DNA of 61,405 nt, filler included, from Platydemus manokwari (Eukaryota), in NCBI GenBank assembly GCA_037951405.1. It is 5 parts of 5 records of this genome, joined end to end, with 100 filler letters (N's around TTAATTAATTAA, not from the genome) between each part and the next. Parts side by side here need not be neighbours in the genome. Positions count along the whole stretch, not along the records: positions 49,599 to 61,405 come from JBBMOY010462222.1; 4 more parts are not named here. One strand, 5' to 3'. Shown piece after piece: positions 53,040 to 61,405 of the stretch; position 1 is the stretch's first letter; each line of letters opens with the position of its first letter. The position numbers and the translations under genes were made by a program. The notes beneath the pieces are model-generated. The model did no database searches. It was given only the letters and a program-made list of their open reading frames with translations, and was not told where the DNA came from.

Positions 53040-55430
53040 GCAAGAGGAACCTGGATCGTGTTTAGAATAATAAAATATCAACATGCATTGATCTTGAACT
53101 AGCTGGAATTGTATCTCTAAACAATAAAGTCAATAATCCTATCATTTCTTTCAGAAATGAAAAAGGAGTTACTAATTTGGAAATACAGAATGAAAGACCA
53201 ACTGAAAACAAACCTGATCAGCTAGATTCTCCATAGATGGACAAGACCAATAAAGCTCAAAAACATCAAAACTATTGATGAAAATCTCATATCAAGTGTC
53301 AAAAATCAAAGATATTGAGAGCTCACTGACGCAGAATATCAATCGCGAAAGGAATGTCTCCCATCAATTCAAAGACCTTTTGATCAGATCTCTAATCGAT
53401 CACAATATGATCTATCAACCATGTTATCAAAATTTCTAAATGATGAAAAACTAATAGATATCATTTGGAAAATCAACCCAATCACTCACCAAGTATATTG
53501 CCAGATAATCTCGATTTTAGTTAGTTGCAGACCTTAGCTCTCAAATGTACATTCCATCAACCATCACAATTTAAAATCAATATACTCTTAGATAAGTCGT
53601 GTTTTCTGACAATTATTGGGAAATCCGTCAAATATCAACAAAGTTTATTTGAAAAATTCCAAAATTTCATCAGAGCACCATTCATCAAACACCATTCAGG
53701 ATAGAAATGAAATATTGAATGAAGGCCTCAATAAAGTACAAAAATATAACATTTTTCACAGCCTTCTAGTCCATTAAAAGCTCAGTTTATTGAAGATCGC
53801 TTGGTTTTTCTAAAACAAGTTGAAGAAAACAACAATAAAATACCCGCCATTTCTCGAAAATTAAGAAAAGAATCTAATTAAGGAGAATCCACAGATTAAT
53901 GAATTTATTTTACTTCATCATAGCGTTTCAGAAGAGAAAGTGCCATCTGATTGAAATTCTAAGATTTGAAAATAAATTTTTCAGAGAGAATATCAGATTT
54001 CATGAGGGTTTCTTTCATATAATTAGTAAAGAACTTGAAAGATGCGATTCTGATGTTCCTGACTTCTACTAAGACCTTTAGGCCTTCTCTCACGAAAAAG
54101 TTGATAAAGATTTAAGTTTAATTAGCTACGAATCCCAACTCATTAATTTTATTGTCGATGAAGTATTTCACATCTATTATAAAGGAATGAAATTATTAAA
54201 ACTGAAAAAATACAGACGAAGATCGTGGAAATATGTTAACAAAAGATTGGTCTATACACAGAATAATTCTTCTGACATCTTTAATGATATTCTGATAAAA
54301 TGAAATTCTATTCTCAAATCTGTGGCTCCAAGAAGTTGATTCATTTGAGAAAAAGTTTTGAAAGATTTCCTAATGACGAGACCTAATATTTACACATAAT
54401 ATATCAGTTGGTCAAGTATGCTCTATATTTGTAAATGGATTGACACAAAAATATTCTCAATTTTCAAAAAAAGGTTTTCGCAATGAAAAATGTTGAAAAT
54501 ATGTTCAGATTCAATCAGGCTATTGTTGTTTGAAATGTGATTGAAGGATCTACTCACAATATCAATAATATTATCAGATATTCCACAGTGTCAACAAGAT
54601 CTTCAATAGTTTTCAACAAAGGGGCTCAGAATGCTGTTCTTGAAATCATTACTTATCTTTCAAGTCCAGGTAAAGCAGAAAATGATCTTGCACTATTTGA
54701 TATAAGAAAACCTTCTACTTGTCCTGTATTCGAATCCATTCCGCTTCAGAAAAATGACAACCATACTGAAAATAAGGTAAAGATTTTCAAATTCCCCAAA
54801 AGAAAATTAAGTTATAAATACTCGTGAGAATCACAAACGAAACCAGTCTAATGCTCAAAACCTAAAAAACTTAATAAGGAAAAATATATGAAGGCCAGTG
54901 AATGCACCAAATACCAAAAGGTTCATTGACGATCAAATATTCTACAATATTTCAATACAATACTTCCATGGTTCAGTGACTTAAGGATTTACATATGCAG
55001 TTCGGGAATTTCTTGATCTACCAAGTTCGAAATGAAGAGACAATAACCTTCAAAATAAGATTGGAGCATTAGAAAACAGAGTTGCTACTTGCTTCAGTCA
55101 ACTTAGCACAATGCCATAGGATCTTTTTCGTTTTCGATAATGTGAATCAATGAAGCTTCTAGTTGAGTCTCATCAAAGGAGTATTCCAACTAAAATAATG
55201 CAAAAAAATTTCGGATGCGATGTATATCTATCTCGGTAAGGCATAAAACAATAATCATACACTGATACATAAGCAGACAATCAAGATTCGTCACCAAGAT
55301 AATGATTTTGACGGTATTCCGATGATAAGTTTCCATGGTCTTCAAATTTAGAAAGGTCGCACCATCCCTGATAATCAATTCTCGACATTCGCAAATTAGC
55401 TTACCACCTATGTAATGAAATTACTAGGCT
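53040..55430 (+). pseudogene. Decayed intronless ORF (~800 codons) of unknown origin
   Basis: Long near-open + frames (53238-53777, 53941-54480, 54537-54827, 54901-55240) broken by scattered stops and frameshifts. A-rich coding-like composition, no intron-like T tracts. Confidence 0.55.
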
Positions 55431-57197
55431 AAAAGTTTTGTTCAATTATCTGGCGAGGATAACAAATCTAGATATAATGACGATACGGGTCAACTCAAAA
55501 GATTTCGTTTTGCAAGATCAAATGCTTAGATCAAATGTTATTGAAAAACATCATAAACAATAATTGTGAGTTCATTTCTTATAATGATCTTTTCTCGGCA
55601 GGGACTCCACGATATAAACAACAACAGGAATCCTCCTTTATACGATAAGCATAAAAAATAGAAAATTTCAAAGCGGATCTTTCAAATAATTTTATAAGAT
55701 GAAGAGTAGAATTTGATTTGACAAATAGGAATGTCGATTCATAAAACTCTGAACTTTTGATTCTGATATTTAATTGATTTATCAATAAAATGTGCTTTCA
55801 ATAATCTCGAAATATTGATTTAGCTCTTACTTATAAAACGAAATTTTTATTAAAATGGTTTCAACAATTATTATAAACAAAGCAGCCATCATTAGAAATG
55901 CTCAGATTTGAAAAATTGAAAAATTTCGCGAAAATATTTAAACAAATCGTTTTGTGAATAATTGATGAAACGTTTGATTGAATCAATGATTTCTGGCACC
56001 ATGAAACAAATTAAAAATCAAATGTAAAATTATCAATCTATCAATGATAAACAAGAAACAAATTATAAAATAAGCCTCCATAATCGAAATTCCCAAAAGA
56101 AAAGGAAGAACAGAAAAATAAATCAATTTCTATTATTGAGTAAGACTCATCTCAAAATGGAGCCTAATCCTCTTAGAACTGGGAAAGGCAATGAATGAAA
56201 TTTGAAACTAGATTCTATCATCACGAGAAAAATAATACGAGAAATTCATTCTCGGCATTAAACAAAATTCACTACAAATACTGAACCTGCATCAAAGGGT
56301 GAGGGGCGCTGGTAAGGAACAAATAACTCATCTGCATGCAGGCAATTATTGTTGCCCAGTGTAGTATCAGTCAAGTGTATAAAGCATGTGAACCGATAAG
56401 TATAAACTCGATTGTATTCTCATGGATTTTTCAATCAATATGTATCTTCTAATAGAGGATATACAAATCGATTTATAACATGATTGTGATAGAAATTGTA
56501 CTTCATTTTAATCGCTGGTATTGCAAATACCTCTAATAATTGCTTTATTGATCTATTCAGCAGTAGTCAAATACTGAATCATTTACCATGACAATTGAAC
56601 CAAAGAAAACCAAAGGAAATCAAGTCAATCATGATCATTGTTATAGCATCTATAAGAGATATGAATACAATAGTTATTGGTATGTAATTGGTCATTGTTA
56701 CAGCCAAAACAAGCTCATCAACAAAAGAAGTTAATAGTTAATGATGCGTAAAAATCAATGTATTGGATAGATATGTGTATATTTATATAAAGAATCACTA
56801 AAATTGAAGAATGTTAAATATAAATCGATCGTTTAAATCGATCTCCCACACCCCCTTGATCAAGTGAATAAATCGAAAGTGCGGGGGGACACTCAATTCA
56901 ATTTCAGTGAAAATTGAAAATCATCTAAATGACGGATTGAAATCGAAATTAATCCACTGATTTGAAAATATTATGTTAATTGGCCACAGTTATTTGGAAG
57001 GTAACGATAGGATTTATTAAATAATCCAAAGGCCTAATTTAATTACAGAGTCATCACTAACGGGCTTGGGAAAATTCATAAAAATTGTTACAAAGGGATA
57101 GCTGTAAATGAATATCAATTTTATTAAAACATCTTTTCGAAATATTTACACAACATGTTCATACATTAATATCGAGATCATGTCGAACAAATCCAGA

Positions 57198-60100
57198 TCA
57201 ATTGATTTTCATATCGGCATATTCGTACTGCTCTTCTGCTGGTGGAGGTGGAGGAAGAGCTCGTTGAATATTTTTCCAACAGTTTATCGTATTATGAACA
57301 ACGTTTTTTCTATTGCTTGGAATACTGCTGCTGCTGTTCGTTCGAGTGAACACGTCTTGACTGTTGGCACTAGTGCTGCTGCTACTGATACTGCTGAGAG
57401 AATTAAGGCTTCTTCCAATTTTTGGTGATATCGTTAAGTTGCTTTCTGTATTGGAAAAAACGTCATCGATTTTTCTCTGCTCTAAAAATGGCATTCTTCT
57501 ATTGGTAGCCAATTTTAGAGGATATAAATGGGAATTAGTTGATGATGAAGATGACGATTGTCGGTTATCGAAATTCCTAGGAACATTGGATTCAGATACA
57601 ACATATCTTTCACTCAAATGATCTCGTTTCATTCCTTGGGTTTGAAACTTATATGCGAATGGAAATTTCGGTTGATCTAAGACATCCTAAATTACATTAC
57701 TTATATGCTATTGAAAACTAAAACCATATACTTGACTTGTGTTTGACGAAATGTTACTACCTACAGCTTCATAATCACCTGGATGTGAGCATTGGTAAAC
57801 CAATGAATCGTCGGTAGAGTTGTTAAAATTATTTAAATTTCTCTCTTTATTTGGTGGTGTTTTTCTTATATTTTTATATCTTTTAATTTTTACATTAGCT
57901 GAAGACAAATACGGATTGTGAGTAGTTGGATCCTGATAAAACAAAGGTTCGAAATAAGATTTATTCCATTTATTTTCGGGTTGAAACATGATATCGTGAC
58001 TTCGAATGAGATCCGGATGAGACATCCCTTTATCAAGATCCTATGAAGAGAGAGAGAGAAATAAAGATAGAATAGAAATATTATCCGCCATACCTGCATC
58101 AGCAATGTATTGGAGATCGTAGACCTTGAGGTTTTGCTTTTAAGTTTTGAAATTCGATCGAAATGTTCATTCGATACATACCGGTCTTTGTATTTCCTAC
58201 ACATATATAAAAGTGGGTTATCTCGACAAACAAATAAGAGACCTTTTCGTTAAGGGTAAAGTAATTCCATCTAACTGATCTACCGATGTTTTGGGATTAA
58301 GCTTTCGGGTTCGCTGTCTCATGATAATAATTATCATAATAATCAGAATCGTACAGAGGAGAACACTAATCACTATTGGTAGTATAATGGAAAGTAAACG
58401 ACGTTTTGCTACAAACCAGAATGGTAAGAAATTTCACAGAAAGCCAAATATTTCTTACAATCGTCAATACAAACAAATTGACCCCACTCTCCATGAGGTA
58501 CATCCTGAACCTCTTGGCATTTCTGATACTTGTCACATATACCGGGTTGCAGACACACATCTGATGAACACCCACTTGATAATGATCCTTGTAAAATGGA
58601 AACATTGAACGTGTCTGTCAGCCCATTCAAAGGCATCGATACATTATTGAATTTGACATCCGAAATACATCCAGAAAAATCTGAATTTCCAATCTTATTT
58701 ACAGAAAATTTGAATCAAAATATTCTCACTTGGTATGTTTACGAAATATTCTACTTTTATATGTTGAGGAACACCTGCTAAATACAATGTATGGACGGAA
58801 TGACCAATGATGTCATGAGATTGCAACCAATTGAATTGAGCTGCAATGTGATCTACAATGACACTCACCGTTCCGGTGGTATGTCGAGTTATTGTAATTG
58901 TATGAATTTTATTATCATTAACTGATACTGCTTTATTGATTATGTTTTGTGATGTGCCAGCGTATTTATCAAGCACTTTGATGAACCCATCCTCAATCTG
59001 AAACAATAAAATAGAGATTAAATTATTGTAATATCATAACAGCACAAAATGATGCCCTGACAAATGATCGATGACCAATTTGTGTACGAAACAAGCGAAT
59101 AGACAAACCTTAACGACTGTATAACTGTGAAGACTACTCAAGGCAATCAAAAGAATGCTGTTCAAATCCAGAGTTTTTATTTTGACTGAAATGCTACTAC
59201 TATCTTGAGAGACAGCTCTTTTAATCCTTCTGTTTGGTGTAGCTAGTGATTCTAGTCTTCTGCTGAATGATATGACTGTGTTGGGTGATATCGTGAATGC
59301 AGAATAACCCGGTGAACAAAGTGGAGGTTGGTAGCCACTGGGGCATCGGCATCTCTCTACAAACCATTCATCGAAACATTCGCCAACACCATTGCAATTG
59401 ATTGTTTGATCTGAACATGGCGGAAAACCGTTGTTTTTAAATCTTGGACAGCCGTCATAAATGAGTTGCTTTTCTCTGATCATTAGTCGGTTAAATTGAA
59501 AAATATAAATTGACAAAAAACCCACTCCGTTTTAACTCTTGTTGTGTTTTGCATCTGTAAATTCCGAATACATCCGACAAAGTAACGCGGTCCTGTTAGT
59601 TTTAAATGTTTCACATTTCCAATAACTATCCGTATGCGATTGTGAAGGTTGACTCGAATGGTCAATGTCTCTGAGGGTGGCTCAATTTGATTGTAAATAT
59701 AATTGGACGCCTCACAACTATCTAATTCACCGCAAGGTTTTATCAATAAAGTAACACTATTCGTTTCTATCGATAATTCCAACTTCCACCATTTACCATT
59801 CGAGACAACCCTTTTCAATCGATCAGTAGATATTGGATTGCCATCTTTAGTCATTGCTAAACGAATATGTTGGGCTGATATAGAGATTTGAATTGTCACA
59901 GATGGTGATGCTACAACTGTTAATAAAGACGAATCTTTAAAGATCGTTGAGAATTCGAACGAAATTTTGGAAAAAGACATCATTTCGATTTCAAGCAGTG
60001 AGTCCACTTTAAAACTAATTGCAGAAAACTGGCATTTCTTTCCGAAATTTCCGAACTTGCATCGGCATTTGAATCCACCGACTAACGGAATGCATTGATC

Positions 60101-60498
60101 AGTTCCTATGCTAGAACATGGATTCAACAAACAATGATTCGTCGGATATGAGCATTGACTACTGCCGACCCAATTCTGATTACATTCACATTTGAATCCT
60201 CCAAATACATTAACACAGACCCCATGCAGACCGCACAGATCACCTTGGTTACACTCATTGATATCCTGATCACACGCTTGCCCAGTGAAACCAGATTGAC
60301 ACTCGCACATCTCTCGGCCAAGACCATTTTGACCACACACTGCCCCATTGTGACAAATCTAAAAATAAATTGATAAATCATAAAATCCTATCCAAGATTG
60401 AATACAATTTTACCAAATTTACATCAATTTTATTAAATTATTTTATTCACGATCGAAATTTATCATTTTACCATCTGGTCTGACTGACAACAATTCAC
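57198..60498 (-). CDS. FAT4: Fat4/Fat-like protocadherin, C-terminal part: 3 EGF - LamG - EGF - LamG - Cys-rich - TM - cytoplasmic tail
   Basis: Exons 60498-60472 (tentative), 60358-59526, 59475-59109, 58997-58755, 58693-58459, 58408-58243, 58196-58094, 58040-57732 and 57686-57198 splice in frame. Fat4-type segments: DINEC (Ca-EGF), CRCKFGNFGKKC, FVGCI, DGCPR...GECFDEW..RCRC, SISVKIKT...SYTVVKIEDG, VHTLYLAGVP, FSGCISDV...MPLNG. TM segment: LLSIILPIVISVLLCTILIIMIIII. Cadherin repeats are not visible inside the window. Confidence 0.85.
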
Positions 60499-61405
60499 CT
60501 ATGCGCTCAATTTGAGAAATATAAGTGAAAATTAGACAAAAAACGAGATGTGAAAAATCCTAAGTAGACGCTGGTAAATAGCGCGTTATCGGCATCATGT
60601 TCAAAGCATCGATTGAAATAATGCCACACAATGGTGAAACTCTCAGCCTCATTTCATTGTAGTGATATTTTTTAAACAAAACCGATAACAATTTTGAATA
60701 AATGTTAGACAATGTTTGAAACGAGAACTTCTAAATTGATTGGATTAGATTTATGAAAATGTTTCACTGTCGCTTGAAATGGGTTTTTCATGAAAATCTT
60801 TGGAAAATACCTTGGTGTGTGTGTCATTGTAATGGGTAACACATCCAGTCCAACTAGTTTATCAAACAGATAAAAACTTGTAGTGATTTTGGACTGCAAT
60901 TATAAAAGAAAATCATTAAGCAAACATAATAGCTAGAATTATTGTTTTGAACACGAAAATCAACTTCTTGTATTCTCTGTGAGTCGTGAAAGTCGTTAGA
61001 ATATGGACAACAGTGAATAATGTGTATTTGTGATTGATAATTTGATAAATATATCATTTCTTGAAATGAAGAACTGTTTCGACAGGATTGAATTGAAAAG
61101 ATAAAATCAAAAATCATCTCATCAAACCAACTCAAGCGAAATAGATCAACAACTAACAGTTTTATGAGAATCCAGCACATCAGCAATCAAATGGGATTTG
61201 AATTTATTGAATAAATTAAATGATGTAATTATCTTTTCAAGGGTTCATTTCTTAAAGGTGGGTTTCTTAACAAAATTCTAAAGGAATAATAATTCTTAGA
61301 CCCATATTATGACATGAAATATTGTGAAATATATATATTAGGCTGAGTCAAAAGTTATTCATGTTTTTTAGTTGTTTAAAGTTTTTGTTTTACCAAATCA
61401 TTTAA

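Noticed and set aside
53040-55430. Alternative genetic code (stop read-through) explaining the interrupted frames
   Set aside because: All three stop types plus frameshifts occur, and the intact host genes translate cleanly with the standard code, so decay is the simpler explanation.
56824-56895. GC-rich CCCCC...GGGGGG hairpin downstream of Fat4 as an snRNA or tRNA
   Set aside because: No tRNA cloverleaf, A/B boxes or snRNA consensus recognisable.
57108-60381. Numerous overlapping short ORFs on both strands
   Set aside because: Shadow frames of Fat4 exons; only the spliced path has domain motifs.

Overview
Eukaryotic, very AT-rich animal genomic DNA with short GT-AG introns (mostly 43-62 bp). 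Four identical 100-bp artificial linkers (44 N + TTAATTAATTAA + 44 N) split it into five contigs whose true adjacency is unproven. AAT microsatellites, intron size, a cecropia-like mariner and a RING-less TRAF fit a triclad flatworm (planarian), but the organism is an inference. I reconstructed five spliced genes by hand: (1) a coiled-coil + MATH/TRAF-domain gene (-); (2) the 3' part of a divergent dynein heavy chain (DNHD1-like, +) that appears to splice in frame into a ~600-aa acidic tail; (3) a signal-peptide multi-Ig-domain gene (+), cut by a gap; (4) the 5' half of SETD3 (-); (5) the EGF/LamG/TM/cytoplasmic part of a Fat4/Fat protocadherin (-). The rest is mostly transposon debris: Tc1/mariner elements, a hAT MITE, a Ty3/Gypsy integrase relic, a solo-LTR family with internal hairpin repeats, a NeSL/R2-type retrotransposon fragment inside a 50-bp direct repeat, and a ~2.4-kb intronless decayed ORF of unknown origin. 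I found no tRNA, rRNA or CRISPR system, and no multi-gene novel system is demonstrable. The best leads are the dynein/acidic-tail fusion, the retrotransposon in a structured 50-bp target, the decayed intronless ORF and the LTR hairpin array. All family assignments come from motif recognition by eye, not database searches.
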